Assembly (NCBI RefSeq): GCF_030684315.1
Contig: NC_081362.1
Location: forward strand, 96,579,187-96,643,186
Direction: 5' to 3'
DNA length: 64,000 nt
From: Stegostoma tigrinum
Taxonomy: Eukaryota
Part shown: positions 26,833-38,966 of the stretch, one piece after another
Layout: each line of letters opens with the position of its first letter
Position numbering within the stretch: position 1 is the first letter of the stretch
Program-made: the position numbers and the translations under genes
Notes under the pieces: generated by a model
What the model saw: the letters and a program-made list of their open reading frames with translations, nothing else
What the model was told of the DNA's origin: nothing
Databases searched by the model: none

Positions 26833-28838
26833 AGAGGGGGATGGGGAGAGGGAACTGGAATAAATAGGGAGAGAGGGGGAGGCGGACCGAAGATGGAGAG
26901 TAAAGAAGATAGGTGGAGAGAGTGTAGGTGGGGAGGTAGGGAGGGGATAGGTCAGTCCAGGGAAGACGGACAGGTCAAGGTGGTGGGATGAGGTTAGTAG
27001 GTAGCGGGGGGTGCGGCTTGGGGTGGGAGGAAGGGATGGGTGAGAGGAAGAACCAGTTAGGGAGGCAGAGACAGGTTGGACTGGTTTTGGGATGTAGTGG
27101 GTGGGGGGGAAGAGCTGGGCTGGTTGTGTGGTGCAGTGGGGGGAGGGGATGAACTGGGCTGGTTTAGGGATGCAGTGGGGGAAGGGGAGATTTTGAAACT
27201 GGTGAAGTCCACATTGATACCATATGGCTGCAGGGTTCCCAGGCGGAATATGAGTTGCTGTTCCTGCAACCTTCGGGTGGCATCATTGTGGCAGTGCAGG
27301 AGGCCCATGATGGACATGTCATCAAGAGAATGGGAGGGGGAGTGGAAATGGTTTGCGACTGGGAGGTGCAGTTGTTTGTTGCGAACTGAGCGGAGGTGTT
27401 CTGCAAAGCGGTCCCCAAGCCTCCGCTTGGTTTCCCCAATGTAGAGGAAGCCGCACCGGGTACAGTGGATTCAGTATACCACATTGGCAGATGTGCAGGT
27501 GAACCTCTGCTTGATGTGGAATGTCATCTTGGGGCCTGGGATGGGGGTGAGGGAGGAGGTGTGGGGACAAGTGTAGCATTTCCTGCGGTTGCAGGGGAAG
27601 GTGCCGGGTGTGGTGGGGTTGGAGGGCAGTGTGGAGCGAACAAGGGAGTCACGGAGAGAGTGGTCTCTCCGGAAGGCAGACAGGGGTGGGGATGGACAAA
27701 TGTCTTGGGTGGTGGGGTCGGATTGTAAATGGCGGAAGTGTCGGAGGATAATACGTTGTATCCGGAGGTTGGTAGGGTGGTGTGTGAGAATGAGGGGGAT
27801 CCTCTTGGGGCGGTTGTGGCGGGGGCGGGGTGTGAGGGATGTGTCGCGGGAAATGCGGGAGACGCGGTCAAGGGCGTTCTCGATCACCGTGGGGGGAAAG
27901 TTGCGGTCCTTAAAGAACTTGGACATCTGGGATGTGCGGGCGTGGAATGTCTTATCGTGGGAGCAGATGCGGCGGAGGCGGAGGAATTGGGAATAGGGGA
28001 TGGAATTTTTGCAGGAGGGTGGGTGGGAGGAGGTGTATTCTAGGTAGCTGTGGGAGTCGGTGGGCTTGAAATGGACATCAGTTCCAAGCTGGTTGCCTGA
28101 GATGGAGACTGAGAGGTCCAGGAAGGTGAGGGATGTGCTGGAGATGACATTCCACATCAAGCAGAGGTTCACCTGCACATCTGCCAATGTGGTATACTGC
28201 ATCCACTGTACCCGGTGCGGCTTCCTCTACATTGGGGAAACCAAGCGGAGGCTTGGGGACCGCTTTGCAGAACATCTCCGCTCAGTTCGCAACAAACAAC
28301 TGCACCTCCCAGTCGCAAACCATTTCCACTCCCCCTCCCATTCTCTTGATGACATGTCCATCATGGGCCTCCTGCACTGCCACAATGATGCCACCCGAAG
28401 GTTGCAGGAACAGCAACTCATATTCCGCCTGGGAACCCTGCAGCCATATGGTATCAATGTGGACTTCACCAGTTTCAAAATCTCCCCTTCCCCCACTGCA
28501 TCCCTAAACCAGCCCAGTTCATCCCCTCCCCCCACTGCACCACACAACCAGCCCAGCTCTTCCCCCCCACCCACTACATCCCAAAACCAGTCCAACCTGT
28601 CTCTGCCTCCCTAACCGGTTCTTCCTCTCACCCATCCCTTCCTCCCACCCCAAGCCGCACCCCCCGCTACCTACTAACCTCATCCCACCACCTTGACCTG
28701 TCCGTCTTCCCTGGACTGACCTATCCCCTCCCTACCTCCCCACCTACACTCTCTCCACCTATCTTCTTTACTCTCCATCTTCGGTCCGCCTCCCCCTCTC
28801 TCCCTATTTATTCCAGTTCCCTCCCCCCATCCCCCTCT

Positions 28839-28867
28839 CTGATGAAGGGTCTAGGCCCGAAACGTCA
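28839..28867 (+). ncRNA. Minimal hammerhead ribozyme core
   Basis: CTGATGAAGGGTCTAGGCCCGAAACGTCA. Confidence 0.7.
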
Positions 28868-30019
28868 GCTTTTGTGCTCCTGAGATGCTGCTTGGCCTGC
28901 TGTGTTCATCCAGCCTCGCATTTTATTATCTTGGAATCTCCAGCATCTGCAGTTCCCATTAACCCTACCACGTGCCCCCACTTTTATTACATCTGGTTTC
29001 AATCCACCCTGTCCCTGCCCCTCACAATCTCATGCACCTCACTAAGATGCTGCTTGGCCTGTTGTGTTCACCCAGCTCCACAATTTGTTATCTCGGATTC
29101 TCCAGCATCTGCAGTTCCCATTGTCTCAGATCACACCAACCTTCTCTGCTCCGAGCTAATCCAAGCTTGCTTCATCACTGAACTGTTACATCCCAGGAAA
29201 CAAACTGGTGAAACTCCTCTGATCCCCTTCCAGTGTAATCACATCCTTCCTATGGTGTGGTGACAAGAACGGCACACTACACTCCAGCTTTGGCCTGACC
29301 AAAGTTCTGTACCGCTTCAACATAACCTCCCTGTTTGGATAATCAATGGCTTGTCTGATAAAGGTGTGTCCCATATGCCTTCATAATGACTCTATTAACC
29401 TGTCCCACCCATTTCAGGGTTCTGTGGACAATCTCCCCAAAATCCCTCTGTTCCTATTATCTTCCTAGTGTCCTGCCATTCATTGAAAGCTCCCTGACCC
29501 ACTGACTGTGAGACTGAACACAGCAACCAATGATTTCAAATTAAAACTTGATAGTGGCTATTGAATGCCTTTTCTCCACCTTGCTCGTGTTTTGTCAAAA
29601 AGATAATGAGTGAGTCAAACATATTTTCCTTTTCTCAAAACCATGGTGACTCTGCCTGTCTTCACTGAGATTTTGAAGTCTCTTGTTATATCACTCTTGG
29701 AAATGAGTTTGAGCATTTTCCCCCTCACAAGCAGCAAGCTAACTCTTTCTAATCTTTTTACAAGATTGGAGGTGAACGTTCAAGGGTTGCTGTTCCTATG
29801 TCACTGCTACCCCTGCCCTGAAAGATGGAAGTGGTCATGGGTTTGTCAGGTACTACCTGAGGACCTTTAGTGAATTTCTGCAGGTCATCTTGGGGAAGGA
29901 ACACACTGCTGCTGCTGAATGTCAGCGGTGGATGGGTCTTTGTGGATGTAGTGCCAATCAAACAGGCTGCTTTGTCCTGGATACAGTCAAGCTTCTTGAG
30001 TGTTGGTATGTTTAAAGAA

Positions 30020-30390
30020 ATGGAGCTGGATGAACACAGCAGGCGAAGAAGCATCTTAGGGGAAGGAAAGCTGATGTCTCGGGCCGAGACCCTTCATCAG
30101 AAATGGGGGATTGGGGTTGGGTTCTGAAATAAATAGGGAGAGAGGGGGAGGCGGATCGAAGATGGATTGAGGAGAAGATAGGTGGAGAGGAGACAGACAA
30201 GTTAAAGGGGCCAGGATGGAGCCTGTAGAGGTGAGTATAGGTGGGGTGATGGGGAGGAGATAGGTCAGTCCAGGGAGGGGAATGAGGTTAGTAGGTAGGA
30301 AATGGGGGTGCGGTTTGAGGTGGGAGGAGGGGATAGTTGAGAGTAAGAACAGGTCAGGGAGGCGGGGTCGAGCTGGGCTGGTTTTGGGGG
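30020..30390 (-). mobile_element. Older Penelope-like terminal fragment
   Basis: Similar to the PLE 3' terminus, with a mutated HHR core. Confidence 0.7.
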
Positions 30391-30808
30391 TCATCTATTA
30401 TCTCTGTTTCAAGAAATGTTGTGTTGTAGATCACATGGCCTACACTAGAATGGGTGATACCTCCTCACTACTTCTGCATTGGACAATGTGATTGTCTGTG
30501 TGCACTGTCCTGTGTCTGTATCTGTGTAATGGCCCTTCCCTGACATGTACTTTTCATTGAAAATAGCAATTGTATTTCTTTAAATTATCAATGTTCAGAT
30601 TGGACATGGACCTCTCTGTCTTTGCTGCATTGAGAATATTTTGAATTGACTTTATTTTAAATTGTTTCCAAATGCTGTGAGTAATTTATTGAACTGCAAA
30701 GAGGCAGGTTTGATTAGACCAGAATCAACATTGTCAAAGGCACATTAAAAATCCCATGTGAAAGGGAAGGTCGCTCAGTGACCCTGAACCAGCTCTCCTT
30801 CGATTGAA

Positions 30809-32465
30809 TCAGAAAAATTGGGAACTGCAGATGCTGGAGAATCCAAGATAATAAAATGTGAGGCTGGATGAACACAGCAGGCCAAGAAGCATCTCAGGAG
30901 CACAAAAGCTGACGTTTCGGTCCTAGACCCTTCATCAGAGAGGGGGATGGGGTGAGGGTTCTGGAATAAATAGGGAGAGAGGGGGAGGCGGACCAAAGAT
31001 GGAGAGAAAAGAAGATAGGTGGAGAGAGTATAGGTGGGGAGGTAGAGAGGGGATAGGTCAGTCCAGGGAAGACGGACAGGTCAAGGAGGTGGGATGAGGT
31101 TAGTAGGTAGATGGGGGTGCGGCTTGGGGTGGGAGGAAGGGATGGGTGAGAGGAAGAACCGGTTAGGGAGGCAGAGACAGGTTGGACTGGTTTTGGGATG
31201 CAGTGGGAGGAGGGGAAGAGCTGGGCTGGTTGTGTGGTGCAGTGGGGGGAGGGGACGAACTGGGCTGGTTTTGGGATGCAGTAGGGGAAGGGGAGATTTT
31301 GAAACTGGTGAAGTCCACATTGATACCATTAGGCTGCAGGGTTCCCAGGTGGAATATGAGTTGCTGTTCCTGCAACCTTCGGGTGGCATCATTGTGACAC
31401 TGCAGGAGGCCCATGATGGACATGTCATCTAAAGAATGGGAGGGGGAGTGGAAATGGTTTGCGACTGGGATGTGCAGTTGTTTGTTGCGAACTGAGCAGA
31501 GGTGTTCTGCGAAGCGGTCCCCAAGCCTCCGCTTGGTTTCCCCAATGTAGAGGAAGCCACACCGGGTACAGTGGATGCAGTATACCACATTGGCAGATGT
31601 GCAGGTGAACCTCTGCTTAATGTGGAATGTCATCTTGGGGCCTGGGATAGGGGTGAGAGAGGAGGTGTTGGGGCAAGTGTAGCATTTCCTGCAGTTGCAG
31701 GGGAAGGTGCCGGGTGTGGTGGGGTTGGAGGGCAGTGTGGAGCGAACAAGGGAGTCACGGAGAGAGTGGTCTCTCCGGAAAGCAGACAGGGGTGGGGATG
31801 GAAAAATGTCTTGGGTGGTGGGGTCGGATTGTAGTTGGCGCAAGTGTCGGAGGATGATGCGTTGTATCCGGAGTTTGGTGGGGTGGTGTGTGAGAACGAG
31901 GGGGATCCTCTTTTGGCGGTTGTGGCGGGGGCGGGGTGTGAGGGATGTGTTCCGGGAAATACGGGAGACGCGGTCAAGGGCGTTCTCGATCACTGTGGGG
32001 GGAAATTTGCGGTCCTTGAAGAACTAGTTCCCACCGCAACCCTAAACCAGCCCAGTTCGTCCCCTCCCCCCACTGCACCACACAACCAGCTCAGCTCTTC
32101 CCCTCCACCCACTGCATCCCAAAACCAGTCCAACCTGTCTCTGCCTCCCTAACCTGTTCTTCCACTCACCCATCCCTTCCTCCCACCCCAAGCCGCACCC
32201 CCATCTACCTACTAACCTCATCCCACCTCCTTGACCTGTCCGTCTTCCCTGGACTGACCTATCCCTTCCCTACCTCCCCACCTATACTCTCTCCACCTAT
32301 CTTCTTTTCTCTCCATCTTCGGTCCGCCTCCCCCTCTCTCCCTATTTATTCCAGAACCCTCACCCCAGCCCCTCTCTGATGAAGGGTCTAGGCCCGAAAC
32401 GTCAGCTTTTGTGCTCCTGAGATGCTGCTTGGCCTGCTGTGTTCATCCAGCCTCACATTTTATTA
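30809..32465. mobile_element. Penelope-like insertion with inverted ~440-bp terminus
   Basis: Minus-strand GIY-YIG ORF 31163-31993, switching to plus orientation at ~32026; 15-bp TSD tctccttcgattgaa at 30794-30808 and 32466-32480. Confidence 0.92.
32376..32404 (+). ncRNA. Minimal hammerhead ribozyme core
   Basis: CTGATGAAGGGTCTAGGCCCGAAACGTCA; partner copy on the minus strand at 30910-30938. Confidence 0.7.
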
Positions 32466-35400
32466 TCTCCTTCGATTGAACATGTAATAAAAGACTTTCT
32501 TGGTCACACTTTGGGGAAATAATGTCAGTGTCCCTTCAAATTAGCATCTTTGTCGCTTTTTATCTGAGCACATCTGAAACATTCTGTGTGCAAGTTAACC
32601 CTTTAAAATATCCAATTATTTCACATGTGCCTGTTTTCTAAGGGGCGGGTTTTATAACAATCGACAACTGTATTGATTTTAAAGTTGAGTGGGACACTGT
32701 AAATAAAGTGACTGTTCTGCTCATTGCCTTCTCTTCTAGCCCCTAATGGAGGAGCAGTTTTCAAGTACCTGCTTTGGGAGACCCCAGTACCCAGTGACAC
32801 ATGCCCAACTTAAGACTATTTACTGCTTGTCTCTCCTACCCCCAACCTCTCCTCCCCACCACCACACCCCCACGCCCTCCCCCACCATGGGAATCCAATC
32901 CCAGTTTGTCTAAAATGCTCGGGTTTATGGTCAAGCTTGTTCCCCATGCTCGCCGTCTTTTGGGGCTGATATGTCGAATGAAGTGATGAGAATTGAGTAT
33001 GAGACAGGAAACTGTCTCAGACAGAAAAAAAGAACATGTTTACCATCAAACAGTATGGCATAGAAGGTAGCCATTTGGCCCATTGTGATGATGCTTTTTC
33101 CTTGATGGGGATATCCAATAAGCCTCACAATTCAATTTCAGAAATCCATCCATTGGTGAAATAAAAAGCGGGATTGAACCTTTACTCAGGATTACATATA
33201 TTTACAGAGACAGACAATATTAGCATAGACCTCTGAACCCAACCCAATAAGTTTCAACACTCTTTGTTTTTGTGAAACTGAAATTGAGACCCTGCACCAA
33301 CAAACCTTCTCTAAAGCCTCCAAATCCTTTTGTAAGTGTGGCAACCAGAGTTGGACACAATATTTCAAAAATGGCCGAACTAAAGTTCTATCCAGCTGCA
33401 GCTCAATCTAACAGGCAACTCTTCCCCCATTCCCATCGCTGTTTGTCCTGGAGCAGGAAATACCAACACAAACCTGTTTCAATGATTTCAAACCCATTAT
33501 GACATACCCACAGACATTTCAGAATGTGTTTCATTTTTGGGATGCACTGGGCATTAATACCAAACAAAATCACAGTTTCAATCTCTGCACAATGTAGCTC
33601 ACAGTGCCCATAACCATAATACTGACAGTTCCAGTTTTCATTCTCCTGAAAGATCTTTCATCATCCTGAATTTTCTTTAATTTCCTTGTTGTAATCCACT
33701 GATACATCCTGAAATAAGCATGCTTGGGGAGGACAGAAGCAGACTCACCAGAGATAGGATTCAGGTTGAATGTTTTTCCAGATCTCACTGTGTGGATTCA
33801 TAGTCTGACTCAGAGTTTTCCAAATGAATGTTGCTGCATGGACCAATATATTGGACAGTCATGAGGGATTTAGTGCACATTCCAGAAGTTACATTGACCT
33901 GTACCCAACCCTGTGAGAATTGACCTCAGAGATCTTGATGTTGTATTGACTGACATTCTGAGTCAAAGACACGTTTACAGAGCATAAAGAATATGAAGGA
34001 TTGTCAGGCAGTTGTCTGGTCAGAGGGAGCTGTATCCTCAGGAGCAGGCATGCAGTTGATGATTTACAGATCTGCATCGACTGTTTACCATCAACTCAGC
34101 GTCAGAGAAATGTTCTTGAATGTGTTTACGGGCTAAGTGTTACAGAGCAGTTGTGGAGAGGGAACTGCAACGAAAATTATGGCATCAAATCCTTCCTCTT
34201 GCGGTGAGCTGTCAAACAGTCTGTGGTCACAGCCTCCAATTCACTTCATTATTCTGAATTATCTGGCTGCAATTTAACTTCCCTCCTCCGGCCATGTTTG
34301 TGCCATTCGGGAGGGAAGTGGCTGCTGGGGCCAGGGCCAATATGCGTGCAGGTGCAGAGAGCCTACACAACAGCACATCCCATTAATTTATATTCCCAGA
34401 GGCCTGGAGTGTTCCGAACCATTAGTATCAGGATCAGAAGCAGGACGGTTGGTAAAACAGGGCCAGGGGCAGGGAAACCACTGGCCCTTGAGCTCCCCAA
34501 TCCTCATCCTGATCCAACATTCCTGAGGCTCACAGTGAAGCCAGTCAGCCGCTTCACTAACGTGCGTACTGACACAATCTGGTTTTCCTCTTTCTCCCTC
34601 ATTGACTGGATTCCAATCAGATTACAAGTTTTGATCCCTCAAGGGATCTTGAGGCCGCACCAATCAGGCTCAGGGTGTGCGTCCCGGTTCCTGGATGTAT
34701 TGAAAGTGCTGGAAAAGTGACATTGAAGAGGGAGCTAGTTGGGGAAGGGAGGGGAAGGGGGCAGCATGAGTGGAATCACTGTGAGGGTCTGAAATGAGAT
34801 TGTCCCTCACCCACTTGGACCAATGGGATGGTCAACCATTAAAGCCACAGTTTGACAGGGCTTGTGAGGGAAACATTGAGGGGAATGGTGGTGGGGGGAA
34901 TGGCCTCTACAATGAGCGCGTGAAATAAGGGGAGGGTGAGGGGCAGAGAAAGACAAAAGAAGTTTGGAGAAAGGATGGGAGATGGAGGAGTTTGAAAGGA
35001 GGGAAGGAGTGCATGGAGGGAAATGCTAGAAGTAATGGAAAGGGAACAGACCCCTGTTTTCAACAGAAACTATCTGAGAGAGGACCAAGATTCTGATATG
35101 AAGGTAACAAGCACAGGATGATCCAGGACAGAGCTAGCATTTCCTCAGGGGCATATGTAGAATGATTTCAGTCTGATGTGAGTCTAATTCCCATTTCCTG
35201 TTGCCACATTGACGCTGCAAGTCACTCTTGGCCCTCCTTTTTTATAGCCCTATCCTGTCCATTGGCTGCCAAAGGTTTTAACAGAAGAGGGAGTCAAGGG
35301 GTCAGGGGTCAGACAGGAAACTAGAGGGAGAACATAACTGGACAAGCCACCATCTTATTGAACAGGATAGCAGATTCAAGGAGCTGAATGGTCTACTCCT

Positions 35401-36179
35401 GCTCCTATATTCCTGTGTCACAAAAATGAGGACAACAATTCGGAAATGACTGGCAAAATAAAACCAACACAAACTGCATGACCAGGCAAGGCTAAAGCAT
35501 CAATGAAAACAGAAACTGAGCCCATCACATTGAGAAGCAGGAATGGGTCTAAACCTGAGACCCAGGCAAGGTTCTGGGGAGTTCAAACTTTAATGAACAG
35601 CCTGTCAATCATTATTTTTCCCAACAATGTCAAGTGTATCCAATTTAAGGCACACTTTGCCTCAACCTGATCAAGCTCAGCTCTGCCTGGCACTGTCAAT
35701 CGGCCCATTGCTGGCGGTTAAATGGGAAATTCCAGTAAGCAGACCCTGAAGGGCTGAGATTCTAAATCAGAATGGGCTGGAACCTGGAGGCAACTCACAA
35801 TTCAAGCTGTTTCCACAATGCCCCTGCTGTTGTTCTGCGCAACACTAGAGACAGCAGCAGAAATAGCTCCAAATAATCTCAGTGACAGACTGCACTGTGT
35901 CTTGCATCTTACACCCGCATGCTGAGCTGCTGCACTGTCTCAGGACCCTGTAATCTCAGGGTCTGAGAGAGTCTGGCTTAAAAAGAAGGGAATGATTGTT
36001 TTCTCTCTGATCATTTTCTATCTGAGCCTGTTGTGGAACAGAGACTTTCTGTTTGTTACAAGTTACGATTTGTAAGCGTTCTGGTGATACTGAAGTTCCG
36101 CAATGATGTGGCCCCTGTTTCTTAAAGTCCGTGCATGAAAAATGCTGCAAAAACCAACAGCTGTGTCCCATTTCCTTAC

Positions 36180-36223
36180 CACAACAGGAGCAACTGCTGC
36201 TTGCTCACTGCTGTGTGTTCAAT
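36180..36223 (-). other. Candidate downstream 44-nt exon (3' UTR or relict cytoplasmic exon)
   Basis: Flanked by strong sites ttttctttcag| and |gtaagg; lies downstream of the donor at the end of the TM exon. Confidence 0.45.
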
Positions 36224-38817
36224 CTGAAAGAAAATACAATGAGACCTCTTCAGAACGGAGTCAAGTCATGATTGAGCTCTTTAAACTGGGAAGGAAAGTG
36301 AGGGAAATTGCCAGTGTCATTTTGGGTAGTTTTAGGGGGAGGCAGCTGATGGAAATCCTGGGTACTGCTGTCGTTAAAATGGTCATCATGCCAATTCTAG
36401 ACACTCAGCACAGAGAGAGGACCATCAGCCAATCACACCCATATTAGACCTTTGAAAGTGTCATTGTCCTTAACCACACAATCCTGGTCTTTATCAATAA
36501 CTCTTGATGTCAGTCATCCTCAAATGTTTGTCCAAAACCCTCTTCAAATTCCTCATGGAATCAGTCTCAAACACCTTTTCAGATCGAGTGTTACAGATCC
36601 CAGCAACAATCTCCAGTGAAAACATTTCTCCTTATCAATGCTCTCTACGTTTTTGTTTTTTTTCCTGATGAATGGTGTGTAAAATATATCAGTTTTGAAA
36701 CGTTGAATGATTTTAAAAGAGCCATATATGAACAAAGCTTAGTTTTGTGGGGATTCTTTTAAATGGTTAGAAGGTCATTCTGGAACAGTGATTCAATGCA
36801 GTTGCTCCAAAAAGATATGTGAGTGCCATCAGGGTGTTGGGTGAACATCTGGCATTTTACGGAAATAAGTTAGATATATTTCTGAGTTCATGACAAGCAA
36901 TGTAAATGCATTAAGCTTTTAATTTTGTTTTGAGTTCATTTCAAAAAAAATCCCCGATATTAAATTGAAAAGAAAAGAGTTGAATTCAGAATGAAGTTTG
37001 AATTTCTCTCCCAGCTGAAGTGTTCAGTGGAGAAGAAACCAGTCACGAGAGCAGCAATGTTTTTCCAGTTTGGGAATTTTTTCACACAAGGAGAATTTGG
37101 GACAGAAACCTTCAGAGCTTTTTTTTAAAGCAGTTGAACCACTGGAACAGTGATAGCTTCACGCAATTGGATTCAGAGAAAAAAATACAAAATTAATTTG
37201 ATTGTTCAAAACAGAGAAATGGGCAGGAGTTGGCTTTTTGGAAAATAAAGAGTTGAAATTGGAGTATAACTTCTCTAGACTCGAGTATCTGTCATGGACA
37301 GTAATGGGAATGTTGGTGAAATAATGTTCTGATTCAAGTGTTCAAGTTCTTCTCAATGAAATAAATGGATACACAGTGTGATTTGTTTTGTTTTTCCTCT
37401 CTCTTTGGTGGAATGCACTTAATTTCAATTGTTATAAAACAAAGTCCTGTACGAATATGTCTCAGTGACTGACAATGATGACATATTGAGTTAATCAGGC
37501 AAATGAATTGGCTGAACCATGAGCTTCTTGATTACATCAGGAATCTAACCACGTAAAGCTCATTTTTGGAACAAAGAATAATTCTTGCCTAACATCGTGA
37601 CAAAGATTAAATTAGTTTGATATACATTTACTGTTTCTTACACAGCATTCTGCTCTTCAACAGGGCTCCTAAATAAATGTCACACATTAGATTTATTGAA
37701 CATTTACTACAAAATAACACTGGGATCATCATACTGTCGGGGCTGATGGATTTTACGCAATGCACCACAGGCTTTTCACATCAGCCAAAAAGACAAAATG
37801 GATGATCCGGAAACTTGGATCATTTGCTAAAAAGAGCAGAATTTGTGTGAACAAAACAGGAAAAACATTCACCACATCTAGACAGCATTGTGGGAAACTT
37901 GACCAAGTTGTTGCTGATCCTGTCTGTGGAATGGAGAGATTTCGTCAAGAAACTCACTGCACTTTCAGCTGGTTAAGACCGAGAGTAAACTGAGAAAGAG
38001 AACTGCAACAAGACAATCAAATGGCTGGTATAAGTACAAACAAATACAAAGAAAGGCTTCAGAATCTCATTAAATCATTGGAAGGACACAGGCATAAAAT
38101 GCATTAAAGGGACAATGAACAGGTTGGAAACAGTCTGTCGAGGGGCTGAAGAATGAAGGATCATGGATAAAAAATACAACAGAAATGATTGAGTCCAGAC
38201 ACTCTGCAAATCCATTCACCCAGAGGGTGGGGAGGTTCTGGGAGGTCACAGCAGATTAATGGAAGAGTTACAATCAATGTTAACATTGAAGATTTGATTG
38301 GAAAATGGTGTGAGGATAAATGGGATTGAATGGACAGGATAGGACAGAGAAATGTGGCTTGGGATTTCTGCTGATGTGGAAGTGAAAGACCAGCACAGAT
38401 TGTTGGACCGAGTGGTCTGACACTCCCTTGGCCTTCCCAGCAGTAGACACTGTCCTGCCAGTGAGCCACCAGCATGAAGGCGGACCCCAACACTGGGCTC
38501 TGTGGTATTGATCTGGTGCCTACTGGGGATCCTGCAGGGGATATCTAATGCTTGACCTATTCAAAGCTTTCTGACTGTCACCAGAAGGAGTCTGCGGCCT
38601 GGCACTGAAGGACGTATGATACCACAGAAGAAGCAAACTAGCAGCGACTGGGCATCTGGATGTGCGGGATGGCCTCAACAGTCACTGATCCACCAGTGAC
38701 AATGGATCTGTACAGTGCAGTGAGAATATCAGCACTCACTAAAAACAATCACCTCAATGTCATAAACAATAACTGTGCAGTGACAGAATCAAACCTAAGA
38801 TGGAATGGGATTTACCC

Positions 38818-38966
38818 TTATGTGGAGTCCTTTACTGATGAGCACAGCTTTTTTTTCTGAAGGAGAAATGTGAGCAGGACAATGCAGATCATAATAGCGA
38901 AGCCCAGAATGGTGCCAATGAATAAACTGTGCTTTGAAGTCCGGGGACTACCATAAGAAGAGTCTT
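38818..38966 (-). CDS. Stalk/transmembrane/short cytoplasmic tail exon
   Basis: ttttgcag|AA..., reads EDSSYGSPRTSKHS-LFIGTILGFAIMICIVLLTFLL-QKKKLCSSVKDST*: a 22-aa hydrophobic segment followed by a KKK stop-transfer signal. Not in the ORF track. Confidence 0.85.

Larger units (their letters stand above)
26766..28961. mobile_element. Palindromic Penelope-like insertion (minus-strand body plus inverted plus-strand copy of its 3' ~760 bp)
   Basis: 26768-27529 is the near-perfect reverse complement of 28142-28903; 14-bp TSD accctaccacgtgc at 26752-26765 and 28962-28975. Confidence 0.93.

Noticed and set aside
27471-28614. ORFs 27471-28202(-) and 28060-28614(+) as genes
   Set aside because: Chimeric frames running across the inversion junction of the palindromic PLE.
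33570-34720. ORFs downstream of the receptor as constant-domain or ITIM exons
   Set aside because: No C1-set Cys/Trp pattern, no consensus ITIM/ITAM, and no consistent splice phase.
36730-37602. Possible LTR (also 52560-54280)
   Set aside because: Composition is LTR-like, but I could not define termini or TSDs reliably.
38161-38493. DSVYCW motif as a sixth V domain
   Set aside because: No first Cys, WxxQ motif or splice sites, and most of the ORF is antisense to a degenerate CR1-like tail.
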